A DNA stretch of 39,956 nucleotides from an uncultured archaeon (GTDB taxonomy: Archaea > Asgardarchaeota > Thorarchaeia > Thorarchaeales > Thorarchaeaceae), in the NCBI GenBank assembly GCA_964458565.1, contig CAYWJO010000030.1:1-39956 (forward strand), given 5' to 3'. The position numbers and the translations under genes were made by a program. The notes under the pieces are model-generated. The model was not told where the DNA came from. It worked only from the letters and a program-made list of their open reading frames with translations, and made no database searches. Position 1 is the stretch's first letter. Every line of letters starts with the position of its first letter. Shown in pieces: positions 10,290 to 20,192 of this stretch.

Positions 10290-11129
10290 ATGACTCGGAT
10301 GCCAGTAGTTGCAGATCGGTTTTATGAAGGAACAAAAGAAACATTACTTAGTCGACTGAATGATTGTTTTACCAAAGGACTTGGTCCTGGACGTATTCCA
10401 GAAGGACCATCTGGATCCAAGAGGATGATAAAAGCCATCATTTCACCACATGCAGGATATATGTACTCTGGAATGACTGCAGCTCATAGTTACTTGAGTT
10501 TGTATGAAGATGGGTGGCCTGACCATATTGTTATACTTGGACCTAATCATACAGGTTTTGGTGCAAGGGCCGCTCTATGTAACGATGATTGGTTAACACC
10601 CCTTGGGATTGTACAATACGATTCGGAACTTGGATCAGCAATACTTGAAAATAGTAATATCGTAGAAAAGGATTGTATTGCCCATAGCAGTGAGCATTCT
10701 ATTGAAGTCCAATTGCCTTTTCTGCAGTTCATTTTCGGAGAAGGACTTAGTTTTGTACCAATCAGTATGATGGATTATTCATTCGAGGTATGCGAGTCAA
10801 TCGGTATGACTTTGGCAGATTTATCACAGGATATGGACATTCTTGTGATTGCAAGTTCTGACTTCACTCACTTCGAGTCAGCATCAAATGCTAAGAAGAA
10901 GGATGATCAAGCCCTTGAATATCTACAATATTTTGATCCCAAAGGATTCCTTGAATTTGTGCAAAAGCATCGGATCAGTATTTGTGGATCCGGTCCAATT
11001 ACGTCGGCAATGATATATGCCATTGAACTTGGTGCGACACAGTTTAGGCTATTGAAATATACAAATTCAGGGGATGTAACTGGGGACGACAAGAGTGTTG
11101 TAGCTTATGTATCAGCTGAGATGATATGA
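10290..11129 (+). CDS. MEMO1 family protein (AmmeMemoRadiSam protein B)
   Basis: PHAGYMYSG, GPNHTG, EHSIEVQLPFLQ, ASSDFTH, SICG and SVVAY. Confidence 0.93.
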   Translation: MTRMPVVADRFYEGTKETLLSRLNDCFTKGLGPGRIPEGPSGSKRMIKAIISPHAGYMYSGMTAAHSYLSLYEDGWPDHIVILGPNHTGFGARAALCNDDWLTPLGIVQYDSELGSAILENSNIVEKDCIAHSSEHSIEVQLPFLQFIFGEGLSFVPISMMDYSFEVCESIGMTLADLSQDMDILVIASSDFTHFESASNAKKKDDQALEYLQYFDPKGFLEFVQKHRISICGSGPITSAMIYAIELGATQFRLLKYTNSGDVTGDDKSVVAYVSAEMI

Positions 11130-11135
11130 TTCTAT

Positions 11136-12416
11136 TCAGAGAAGTTGAGATTTTTCTTCCTCCTTGTTCTTACCCGAATCTCCAGGTAGACCAATTGCAG
11201 TCGCAAGCGCTATGATGAAGGTAAAGGCTGCCGCTATACTAAGGCTTGATTCACCAGACCCGGATATATCAAACAGGGTTCCACCCATGATTGGACCTAT
11301 TACATATGCTCCATTCGACACAGCTCCAAACAGACCCATTATGATACCGTATGATCGCCTATCTGTTAAATCGGCAATAAGCGCTTGTATGGTTGGGCCT
11401 CGCATAGCTATAGCGATACCAAGGACTGCTCCAGCGATGTAGAAACCAGTGATATCTCGGGTTTGAACAAACAAGAGAAGTGAAATTCCTCCAACTACTG
11501 AACCGAAAACGATTAACCATTTCCGACCGTATTTATCAGATATTTTTCCAAATAGAACATTACCTATGATTGTAATGATACCAAAAACTCCAAAGAACAC
11601 ACCAATTTCAAACGGGGATATTGAATAGCGTGTGACTGCATCCAACATAAATGCTACCTCAAGAACCCCAATTGCAAACATATTAGCAAACATTGCCATG
11701 GCTAGAACTAGATATTCTCTTGGATGATTACTAAGCACCTCTCTTACAGGGACTACTTTTGTTTCAACAATATCCTTGCCACGTTTAATATCGTCTGATT
11801 TTGGTTCATGCACGAACCAAATTACAGCAAGAAGAGCTGCGATTGTAGCATATCCTGCAACGATGAATGGTAAACGAAATCCCAGAAATTCTGCTAAAAT
11901 ACCTCCTAATGTTGGTCCGATTACAAAACCCACCATGTTTCCCATACTGAGGTATCCCATCGCTGTCCCTCGGTTCTCTGGGATTGTAACATCTGAGACA
12001 TAGGCATTCGCTGCTGGAAAGAATCCTGCAGAGACCGCGCCTTCTACTGCTCTAGCGGCTATCATTATAATGACATTTCCTGCCCAAGCATAGACTACAT
12101 TAGCGACTGCAAATCCCATGAGTCCAAAGACAAGTACTGGTTTTCGCCCAATACGATCAGAAAATCTTCCCAAAGGACCAGCAAGTAAAATCCTGGTGAG
12201 AGCAAAGGAAGCTGCAAGGACTCCTAATTCGACTCCCCCCACCCCCAGCAATATAATGTAGAACGGAAAGATTGGGGTAACGATGCCAAAACCCGCCTGT
12301 AGGATACTAAGCGAAATCGCTAAAATAACGACTTCTCTTATTCCTTGACGGTGGCTGACTTCTATGTTATCAACTGTGCTCTCAGAAAGAGCACCCGCTT
12401 GAGTGGTGGTATCCAT
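11136..12416 (-). CDS. MFS transporter (DHA1/TetA-like)
   Basis: Motif A twice (GRFSDRIGRK, GKISDKYGRK) and about 12 TM. Start moved to ATG 12416 to avoid overlap with the upstream gene. Confidence 0.9.
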   Translation of the reverse strand: MDTTTQAGALSESTVDNIEVSHRQGIREVVILAISLSILQAGFGIVTPIFPFYIILLGVGGVELGVLAASFALTRILLAGPLGRFSDRIGRKPVLVFGLMGFAVANVVYAWAGNVIIMIAARAVEGAVSAGFFPAANAYVSDVTIPENRGTAMGYLSMGNMVGFVIGPTLGGILAEFLGFRLPFIVAGYATIAALLAVIWFVHEPKSDDIKRGKDIVETKVVPVREVLSNHPREYLVLAMAMFANMFAIGVLEVAFMLDAVTRYSISPFEIGVFFGVFGIITIIGNVLFGKISDKYGRKWLIVFGSVVGGISLLLFVQTRDITGFYIAGAVLGIAIAMRGPTIQALIADLTDRRSYGIIMGLFGAVSNGAYVIGPIMGGTLFDISGSGESSLSIAAAFTFIIALATAIGLPGDSGKNKEEEKSQLL

Positions 12417-12465
12417 TCTTTCCGCACTAATCTTCGGTTTTTTGAAACCCCTTTTCAGTCTACCT

Positions 12466-12996
12466 CTATAGCAGAGACTGTTTCTCAATAATTACTCTAC
12501 TAACTCCTTGAATTCCAGTAAGAGATTCAATGACATTTCCCGGTAGTGGTTTCTGAGTTATTACTTTCAAACACGGTTCTTGATAAACTGCCACATCCTC
12601 AGCTATGACTTGTCGAATCTGAATACCATGACCAGCTATTGTGGCTGCGACCTTGGAAAGAATACCCGGATTTTCTGGAGATTCTACGTATATTGTAACA
12701 ACTCCATATCCTAAAACTTGGCTGACTTTTTCTAATGATGTACCAGCTGGTCTGAGACGTGAAAAGAATGTCTTCAACTCATTGTCGTCCCATATCTCCT
12801 CAGTAGTTGCCCTTACAGTACGTCGATCTATTCCCAACGCATCTCCAATAGATTTCAGTGGTATCCTAATTGAACCACAGCGAATATCTCCCTTGCCCTG
12901 AACATGAAATCCATGACGTATCAGAGCTTGAGCAACAACTAGTCTTTGGGGTGACTCGTGAAATCTTGAACCTATCTTCTTCCACACGCTTCTCAC
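12466..12996 (-). CDS. ACT-domain regulator of amino acid metabolism (COG2150-like)
   Basis: N-terminal HTH-like IGDALGIDRRTV and C-terminal ACT (PGILSKVAATIAGHGIQIRQ). Confidence 0.8.
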   Translation of the reverse strand: MRSVWKKIGSRFHESPQRLVVAQALIRHGFHVQGKGDIRCGSIRIPLKSIGDALGIDRRTVRATTEEIWDDNELKTFFSRLRPAGTSLEKVSQVLGYGVVTIYVESPENPGILSKVAATIAGHGIQIRQVIAEDVAVYQEPCLKVITQKPLPGNVIESLTGIQGVSRVIIEKQSLL

Positions 12997-13063
12997 CGGA
13001 GTATGAATATAATACGTATCTACTTATGACTCTTGATTCATTAATGTTGTCGAATCACGCACT

Positions 13064-13597
13064 TCAGTCAATCAAATGCTTTTCCATTAGCACCTCATCT
13101 ATATAACCATCTGGCATTTTAAAATGAGCTTTCCTTATGCCCACCTTCTGATATCCTAATGAGCAATATAATGCATTTGCTATCTTGTTGTTATGGAATG
13201 TGCTTAATATTATCTTTTCATAACCCTCTGACCTGGCTAATTCTTCTGCAGTTACCATTAGGGCTCTACCAACTCCGATATTACGAAATTCCTTTTGAAC
13301 GATAATTCCCAATTTTGCAACATGCTCTGATGCCATCCATTCCTCTGGTTGCAGTGTCAGATGACCAGCATATTTATTCTCGACAAGAGCCAAAATGATG
13401 ATTTCTCTAGTGTTATTCGTTCTAGCAATCCAGCTCACCCAATCTTGAACTGCAGCGCTTGCATGCAGTGAGGGTAACCATTTTCCTTCATCTACAACCC
13501 TTTTGAAACCTTGATGTAGTAATGATGCATCATCAGTATCTGCAGAACGAATAATGATTGGTCGATTATCCTTTGTGAGGTAGCTCCAAGTTTTCAC
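13064..13597 (-). CDS. GNAT family N-acetyltransferase
   Basis: Motif A FRNIGVGRALM and motif B NKIANALYCSLGY. Confidence 0.88.
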   Translation of the reverse strand: MKTWSYLTKDNRPIIIRSADTDDASLLHQGFKRVVDEGKWLPSLHASAAVQDWVSWIARTNNTREIIILALVENKYAGHLTLQPEEWMASEHVAKLGIIVQKEFRNIGVGRALMVTAEELARSEGYEKIILSTFHNNKIANALYCSLGYQKVGIRKAHFKMPDGYIDEVLMEKHLID

Positions 13598-13780
13598 AAT
13601 TACATCCCGTCTTGATATTTGATTTATTGTTTAGATAGAGTTTAGAATGTTTCATTCTCTTTGTTTTAAGTCCACGAAATTACAAGTGCAATATTCGATA
13701 GTACATTGTTGTTTTTTATTATACTGAATTTTGACATCTCCAGCCTGGTTGGTTTTTTAACTAGCTCCTTTAATGATTCA

Positions 13781-14764
13781 CTATTCACAATTGCTCGCCT
13801 CTATATTAGTAGATGATTTTGATGTTTCTGAATCGTTTCTCTTTGTCATTCCAGACCATTCCACATGTCGAACACCTACATCTCGTGCGATTGTGACTAG
13901 GTGCTCCATGGTTTCTCTACTTACAAGATCCGCGTCCTTGAGGGGGTATTCCAATCCAAATTGTGTATACTTACCTACAGCCATCTTATTGAATGCAAGT
14001 AACTCGTATCTTTCTATATTAGGTATCTTCTCAAGAATGAATTTCGAGATTTCTCTGATGTTTCCTTCATCATCAGTGTAACCTGGGATGATTGGTGTTC
14101 GCACCCAAACGCGAAGACCACTCCTACTCAGCATCTCTGCATTTGATAGAACAGTTTCTAAAGGCACTCCAGTGAATTTTTCATGTTTCTCAGGATTCAT
14201 ATGTTTGAGGTCGAATAGAACAACATCTACATGCTTGAGCGCGTTCTGAAATACAGATTCGCTGCTATAACCGCATGTATCCAAAACAACCTGGACTCCA
14301 CTCTTTCTAAGCGCATCAGCGAGTTCGTTCATGAATCCAATCTGATGAGTTGGTTCACCTCCGGATAATGTGACTCCTCCGTCTGAAGTTTCAAAGAATA
14401 CTTTGTCACGTACAAGTTCCTTCACGAGATCATCAACAATCCACTCTTTCCCCATGATCATAAGAGCACCCGTTGGACAAACTTCCTCACAGATAGAACA
14501 CACATTGCAGGTGTTACGATTGATTATCATCCCCTCTTGAGACAATTCCAATGCATGCTCGGGGCATGTGTCTACACATGCTTGATCAGCTATACACTTG
14601 GAATGATACCAAACAAGCTCAGGTTGTGAGTCGAGGTTTTCTACATTGTGACACCATTCACAACGCATGGGGCATCCTTTCAGGAATACAGTAGTTCTTA
14701 TTCCCGGCCCGTCCTCAGTAGAACCCCGCCGTATATTGGTAATGATTCCTTTTATTTTTGACAT
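13781..14764 (-). CDS. glycyl-radical enzyme activating protein (radical SAM with ferredoxin insert)
   Basis: EDGPGIRTTVFLKGCPMRCEWCHN, two ferredoxin-like Cys clusters, GGVTLSGGEP, DTCG and RTPIIPG. Confidence 0.93.
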   Translation of the reverse strand: MSKIKGIITNIRRGSTEDGPGIRTTVFLKGCPMRCEWCHNVENLDSQPELVWYHSKCIADQACVDTCPEHALELSQEGMIINRNTCNVCSICEEVCPTGALMIMGKEWIVDDLVKELVRDKVFFETSDGGVTLSGGEPTHQIGFMNELADALRKSGVQVVLDTCGYSSESVFQNALKHVDVVLFDLKHMNPEKHEKFTGVPLETVLSNAEMLSRSGLRVWVRTPIIPGYTDDEGNIREISKFILEKIPNIERYELLAFNKMAVGKYTQFGLEYPLKDADLVSRETMEHLVTIARDVGVRHVEWSGMTKRNDSETSKSSTNIEASNCE

Positions 14765-14856
14765 TAGTGTACGTGCTCCGTTCTCGAAATGATTTCTTCT
14801 TAGAGTTTCGTTCGACCTAGGTGAAAGATGAATTGTATTGCAGCTATTCTAATCAT
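14764..14856 (-). pseudogene. decayed 3' remnant of a glycyl-radical enzyme (PFL-family) gene
   Basis: Minus strand reads MIRIA..[+1 frame YNSSFT]..LGRTKL*EEIISRTEHVH*. This matches the GRE C-terminal consensus VRVAGYS..F..L...Q.EII.RTEH. Its TAA overlaps the activase ATG (TAATG). Confidence 0.75.
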
Positions 14857-14976
14857 ACAATATAAGCAAATTGAAATGGTGTACGCTTACTGTACTTGCG
14901 CTAGCTTTAAAAACGGGACAAATTCCCTTGCCCAAACGACCAGAGTCAGAGCACTGTGTATTAGGAAGGCTCCATA

Positions 14977-17148
14977 ATGAGAAAAGTAAGTAGAATAGCA
15001 ACCCTCCTAGTGATCTCAATAATGATGCTTAGCATCATTCAGATTCAACCAATGAATTACGGACAAAATACCGACATGAAACAGACTATGCCTTATCCAG
15101 ATCATATCATAGCTGTTTTTGATTCGCAAAACATCACAGTAGAGGATATATCCCCTGCAAATGGTAGCTTGGTGTCAGGATCTCTGGGTATCGATTTCAA
15201 TCTTACTTCTGATTATGGCCCTCTTAATCTGACCTTGTTTGTAGATGATGAAATCTATCCTGATTATAACTTAACTGTAGTCGGAACTGGAGTACAAACA
15301 GCAACAGTGGACACAACGACCTTATTTGAAGGATTATCTAATTTCACGCTTTTCTTCGAGTATATTCATAATGTAACATACGATCGAGAGAGTATATACC
15401 TGAATTTTATTGTTGACAACGATGGAGAATCAATTACAAGCGATGTCATAACTCCCCTTAATGGTAGTAGATTATCTGGTCTTGTACCAATGGAACTAAA
15501 CATTTCCTCCAATTATGGTCCACTAAATCTAACAATCTTTGTCGATGGTGAAATTCTATCTTCCTATTCACAATACCTAATCGGTACTGGTCACCAGGTA
15601 ATTGGAATTGACACAAACAACCTTAGAGAGGGGCTTCTTAATTTCACCTTACAATTCTGGTACAACTCATCTGGAACATATGACTCTAAATCATACTTCT
15701 TGGAATACATCGTAGACAATGATGGTGTACCGATTACAGTGTTGTTAGTAACTCCCACGCTCGGTAGCACAATCTCTGGAAATGCAACGATAACTATCGA
15801 TGTTGGATCTGAATATATTCCCCTTTCCGCAACTCTCTATATTGATGGGACGACTGGAACAATCGACGGATTGTCTGTTAACAATGGTTTAATCGACTTT
15901 GAAGTTGATACATCCTCACTACTTGAGGGCTCCCACAATTTCACCTTCATGTTTGAATTTAATTCGTCAATCAGTCAAAGACTAGTCCTTGATTTTGTGG
16001 TTGACAATCATGGTTTTCCTGATATCGCAATAATCTCACCTGCTGAGGATGGTATCTTTACAGGTATAGATGACATGACAGTAAATATTACCTCCACTTA
16101 CGCTCAGGTGTATGCAAATGTCAGTGTGGATGGAGCGATTACCCCTGAATACAATCAAACACTTGTCAATTCTGGCGTGCTAGTTATGACTTTCAATGGT
16201 AGTAGATATGAGAATGGTCTCCATACTATCGAAATTATAGTCTGGACTGAAGAAGATGTTCTCTATCAAGCCACTGATACGAGAGAATTCAACTTCTTAG
16301 ATTATATCCGATTTGACATAGTTGGTGTATCTCAATTTACTCGGATTGCAGGAAATCAAGAAATTGGTATACGAGTAGCTACACCTTATGCAACTGCAAC
16401 ATTGGATGTGTTCGAAGATGGAGTCCCAATTCTAGAGCTTACGGATGTATCTCTCGCTGAAGGAAATAACAATATCATTCTAAACGTCACTGACACAAGT
16501 GAGGGTGATCATAATTATACATTCATTGTTAGTGATGATTTTGGACATTCTTGGACATTCACGATCCCCCTCATTGTGGACAATCATGGAGTACCAACTG
16601 CAAGATTTGTTTCACCCACTGATGATATCGTCATTGGTGTAGTTGAGTTCACTGTGGATATCGACACAACTTGGGATGAGCTCACGATGTCAGTTTATGT
16701 CGATGATGTTCTCATTGAAGGTTTAGAAGACATTACTGTATATGATGGTGAGAATAGTTTCATCCTCGATGTTAGTACTTTCTCTAAGTGGCAACATAAG
16801 ATTACACTTGAATTTGAAACTCCTGAAAATGAAACCACTTCAATTGAGGAGATCTTTGGATTTGCTAGTATCAGAATAGAAGAAGTTGCAAGTCTTGCAA
16901 TACTTTTAGCTATTGGATTTCTAATACCAATCATTCGTTGGCGTCAGGGTCAACCTATTCGTCCCATCTTGATTTTGGACCTTATATTTCTTGGATTCGC
17001 TGCCGGATTATTCCTAATTATAGGCGTAAGTTCAGTTTCTACAGCTATTTGGCACTTCAATCTGACAAGTATATGGACAATAGGTGGACTTCTGGTCTTT
17101 TGCAATTGGGTATATCCATTGTTATCCTCTCTCGGTGAGGAAGATTAG
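14977..17148 (+). CDS. cell-surface protein with about 6 tandem Ig-like repeats, N-terminal signal/anchor and C-terminal TM helices
   Basis: Repeats of about 95-100 aa (I.SP.NG..SG...L.VDG...DT..L.EG..NFT...VDN), many N-x-S/T sequons and about 3 C-terminal hydrophobic helices. Confidence 0.85.
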   Translation: MRKVSRIATLLVISIMMLSIIQIQPMNYGQNTDMKQTMPYPDHIIAVFDSQNITVEDISPANGSLVSGSLGIDFNLTSDYGPLNLTLFVDDEIYPDYNLTVVGTGVQTATVDTTTLFEGLSNFTLFFEYIHNVTYDRESIYLNFIVDNDGESITSDVITPLNGSRLSGLVPMELNISSNYGPLNLTIFVDGEILSSYSQYLIGTGHQVIGIDTNNLREGLLNFTLQFWYNSSGTYDSKSYFLEYIVDNDGVPITVLLVTPTLGSTISGNATITIDVGSEYIPLSATLYIDGTTGTIDGLSVNNGLIDFEVDTSSLLEGSHNFTFMFEFNSSISQRLVLDFVVDNHGFPDIAIISPAEDGIFTGIDDMTVNITSTYAQVYANVSVDGAITPEYNQTLVNSGVLVMTFNGSRYENGLHTIEIIVWTEEDVLYQATDTREFNFLDYIRFDIVGVSQFTRIAGNQEIGIRVATPYATATLDVFEDGVPILELTDVSLAEGNNNIILNVTDTSEGDHNYTFIVSDDFGHSWTFTIPLIVDNHGVPTARFVSPTDDIVIGVVEFTVDIDTTWDELTMSVYVDDVLIEGLEDITVYDGENSFILDVSTFSKWQHKITLEFETPENETTSIEEIFGFASIRIEEVASLAILLAIGFLIPIIRWRQGQPIRPILILDLIFLGFAAGLFLIIGVSSVSTAIWHFNLTSIWTIGGLLVFCNWVYPLLSSLGEED

Positions 17149-17149
17149 A

Positions 17150-18001
17150 TCAGATTAATTTCGTTACAGGGATATCCCTGTAACGATTCACAGTCCATTT
17201 TCCAAGTTTCAGATATGTTTCTTGGGAATCAGTAGGTATTACTGTAAAAACGGAACTCGCTCGTAGCTGAACGCCTACCTTTGCGGTTCTAGAGATGACC
17301 ATATCAAGAAAATCAGTACCTCTCTTGTTGACATCAGCTACAAATTCAGCCTTTCCATCATCGTTTTTAACAATGACCCCATATCCAATTTTCTTGCTAT
17401 TCGTTTCAAATTCAAAAAGACGTCCTGTTTTCTTCTCATCAACTATCTTTCGTAAGAGAGTTGACATTCTCCCTGGTGTAGATTTATTCACGAAGAAAAA
17501 TGCGTTTGGTATCTTTTCGGATGTGTCTACTCGAATTGTATTTACTTTTTTAGAAATCTTAGTTGGAAGGGATTTGGGCTTAATCTCAAGTGTTTGCAGG
17601 GAGCCTCTGGCAAAATACTTCACTTTCATCCAGAAATTATACGCTTCTGGTGGAGTTGTAATAAACACGCGGCTTACATTCTTCTCTCTCAATACCTTTT
17701 CTGCCGCTGAAACAAGACTTCGTCCAATACCATGTTTCTTTTGATAGCGCACATCTACTCCAATATCTTCAATTATTCCAAGTTTCTTACTAATGGGATT
17801 GCTTTCAATACGAAAGATGATTTCTCCAATAACAATCCCATCCATTTCAGCGACTAACCAGCCCCAATTCTTAAAACCAGTCGATCTATGAATATCCTTG
17901 ATCTGCTCAACAGTTGTATATCCAACATCCCAATGCGTTCCCTGATATACTGTTAAAAGGTGCTTACAATCTTTCATGAGCCCCTTTCTTATTGTGACCA
18001 T
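17150..18001 (-). CDS. GNAT family N-acetyltransferase with C-terminal extension
   Basis: IGVDVRYQKKHGIGRSLV motif A and AYNFWMK. Confidence 0.8.
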   Translation of the reverse strand: MVTIRKGLMKDCKHLLTVYQGTHWDVGYTTVEQIKDIHRSTGFKNWGWLVAEMDGIVIGEIIFRIESNPISKKLGIIEDIGVDVRYQKKHGIGRSLVSAAEKVLREKNVSRVFITTPPEAYNFWMKVKYFARGSLQTLEIKPKSLPTKISKKVNTIRVDTSEKIPNAFFFVNKSTPGRMSTLLRKIVDEKKTGRLFEFETNSKKIGYGVIVKNDDGKAEFVADVNKRGTDFLDMVISRTAKVGVQLRASSVFTVIPTDSQETYLKLGKWTVNRYRDIPVTKLI

Positions 18002-18064
18002 CTTTGAACCCCGGACGAGTCTATGAATGTCAAGGAAAAAATAAGACTATGTATGACAAACGAT

Positions 18065-18985
18065 TCAAAGATTTTCCGAAATAAGGAGTGTTCGTTCCAC
18101 CAGTCTTGTCACTGATTTCCCAAAGAGATACAAGATTGGTTCGACACCAATACCTCCTGGAACATGAATTCCGATGAATTCCCCTACAATATTTCCAACA
18201 TCCCGTTCAGTAACACTCTTGATGATATCTTCAACATCCGTGTCTGGATTCTCTAGTTTAATAATATCAAAGCCATGCTTTTCAGCCATCCTAACAGTTT
18301 GTTGGTTCCCCGCAATGCAGATACAAGAACGCAAGTGTTCCCATTTTGTTTTTGCCCATAAAAGCAATTCTGCAGTGTGTCGCGATGCACCAAATCTTGG
18401 ACTTACTAATACTCTTGCATATCCTTCTACAGTTGTGATTCTACCAGGAATAGCAAGCACATCCGATGTTGATTTTGCATCTTCCTCGCATACAACCAAA
18501 TTTGTACGAACTTGAGGGATTATTTTCGCAAAGTGTCTTGATTCTTCCAGTATTCGAATAGCACTCATCATCAAATTTAGCAGTCCTGCTCGATTTACGA
18601 ACTGATTGTTTGCGCCGGATAACAACTCAGTACAAATTTGGCAATTCGATTCTCTCAGAGTTGGGACTGCATCCTTATGCCTTTCACAGATTTCGCCACC
18701 AATCCTCGATAGCATACAAACTTCGCAAACTTTTTTGACCAGAAATACGTCATCCACATTTTCACTTTGAATTATTTCTGCAAGTTCATTAACTAGAATA
18801 TCTATAGATTCATGATATCTTGTTGTGATGGATTCACTGAGGTATTTACTCACTGCTGGTTGTGTTATGTGGAGGATATCTGATATCTTGGTTTGTGAAA
18901 ATCCCCTATCATTAAGTTCTCTTGCAAGTTTGGCACGAACTTGGAACAAATATTCTTTCTGCACAATCTCACACGGCGGTTTCAT
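18065..18985 (-). CDS. thiR: ThiR-like regulator (HTH plus ThiN thiamine-phosphate synthase-like domain)
   Basis: MKPPCE...GFSQTKISDILHITQPAVSKYL HTH, and ThiN motifs IPQVRTN, IPGRIT, PRFGASRH, GGIGVEP. Lies divergent from the thiamine-type ABC operon. Confidence 0.85.
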   Translation of the reverse strand: MKPPCEIVQKEYLFQVRAKLARELNDRGFSQTKISDILHITQPAVSKYLSESITTRYHESIDILVNELAEIIQSENVDDVFLVKKVCEVCMLSRIGGEICERHKDAVPTLRESNCQICTELLSGANNQFVNRAGLLNLMMSAIRILEESRHFAKIIPQVRTNLVVCEEDAKSTSDVLAIPGRITTVEGYARVLVSPRFGASRHTAELLLWAKTKWEHLRSCICIAGNQQTVRMAEKHGFDIIKLENPDTDVEDIIKSVTERDVGNIVGEFIGIHVPGGIGVEPILYLFGKSVTRLVERTLLISENL

Positions 18986-19008
18986 CTGTTTCACTCTTTA
19001 GGAAACTA

Positions 19009-19049
19009 TATATCTTAGTTTTATAACTTTGTTATATAACTCCGATATA
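19009..19049. promoter_or_regulatory. candidate ThiR operator: three tandem TATAAC-N3-GTTATA-type palindromes
   Basis: TATATC-TTA-GTTTTA (19009), TATAAC-TTT-GTTATA (19022, perfect arms) and TATAAC-TCC-GATATA (19035), at 13-bp periodicity between the divergent thiR and thiB. Confidence 0.7.
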
Positions 19050-19064
19050 AAGGTGTTGAGGAAG

Positions 19065-20186
19065 ATGGCAAAGTACCCTCGTAGAAGAAACCCTCGAATG
19101 ATTATCTCCATCGTAGTAATTACAATCACCATTTTAGTTGCATCTGTTTCCATCATGAATTTTTATCAGAGTGAACCACTAACTCTAAAGATTTATACAT
19201 ACGATAGCTTTTTGATTTGGGGTCCTGATCCAGAAGGAATTGATGAGATTGTATTTGGTCCATTTGAAAGAAGGTACAATGTGAATGTAAGCATAGAGCG
19301 ACTTCAGACCGATGCAACAGGTATTATCACAAGATTGGCTGCTGAATCATCAAATCCTGTTGCAGATGTAGTGATTGGTATAGATAATATCCTTATACTC
19401 AAAGAAATCACAAAATCCGTACTCGAACCATACATTTCGTTGAATCTCAATCAGATTAATTCTACACTTGTTGATTATTTGGATCCAGAGCATTATGTCA
19501 CACCAATCGATTTTGGTCTTGTAACACTCATCCATTCTCTAAGCTCGATTAACTCCACGTCAAATCCTGATATTCAAAATATGACTTTAGATACCTTGGC
19601 AGAATACGCTGATGCTCTGGTGACTGAGAATCCTCATCTAAGCAGCCCTGGCTTAGCATTTTTACTATCTGAAATCGCCATTTCTGAGAAACTACTCCAT
19701 CAGGACTGGGAGGATTGGTGGGTCACAGTAAACGCAGACATTAGTGTTCCACCTGGATGGACTGAAGCTTGGAGTGTGTGGTATGAATCACCATCACGTC
19801 TTTTCCTAAACAGTTATGGAACCGATCCCGCTTATTCAGCATATTTCTATGGCGCTCCTCCAGATACTGCTGCGCTTCCGTTACATCACAATGGAACCGA
19901 TTATGCATGGATGCAAGTTGAGGGAATCGGATTAGTCAAAAATAGTCCAAATCCTGATATTGCTCGATTGTTCATAGATTATTGTCTGAGTGAGGAAGTT
20001 CAGCAATACATTGGAGTTAACCAGTGGATGTTACCAGCTAATCCTTCAGTAAACTTAGATCCTGTTTTTGAATTTGCTCTTCATCCTGAAGAAGTGACAA
20101 TCCTAAACAGCTTATTACCACAGACTGAAATTGCAGCAAATTTGGATTTATGGCTTGACCAATGGGATTTGATACGTACGGGGTAA
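19065..20186 (+). CDS. thiB: thiamine ABC transporter substrate-binding protein
   Basis: IYTYDSF, ADVVIGIDN, SSPGLAFL, SYGTDPAY, QVEG and NQWMLP, with an N-terminal TM anchor. Start placed at ATG 19065. Confidence 0.88.
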   Translation: MAKYPRRRNPRMIISIVVITITILVASVSIMNFYQSEPLTLKIYTYDSFLIWGPDPEGIDEIVFGPFERRYNVNVSIERLQTDATGIITRLAAESSNPVADVVIGIDNILILKEITKSVLEPYISLNLNQINSTLVDYLDPEHYVTPIDFGLVTLIHSLSSINSTSNPDIQNMTLDTLAEYADALVTENPHLSSPGLAFLLSEIAISEKLLHQDWEDWWVTVNADISVPPGWTEAWSVWYESPSRLFLNSYGTDPAYSAYFYGAPPDTAALPLHHNGTDYAWMQVEGIGLVKNSPNPDIARLFIDYCLSEEVQQYIGVNQWMLPANPSVNLDPVFEFALHPEEVTILNSLLPQTEIAANLDLWLDQWDLIRTG

Positions 20187-20192
20187 TAGTAA

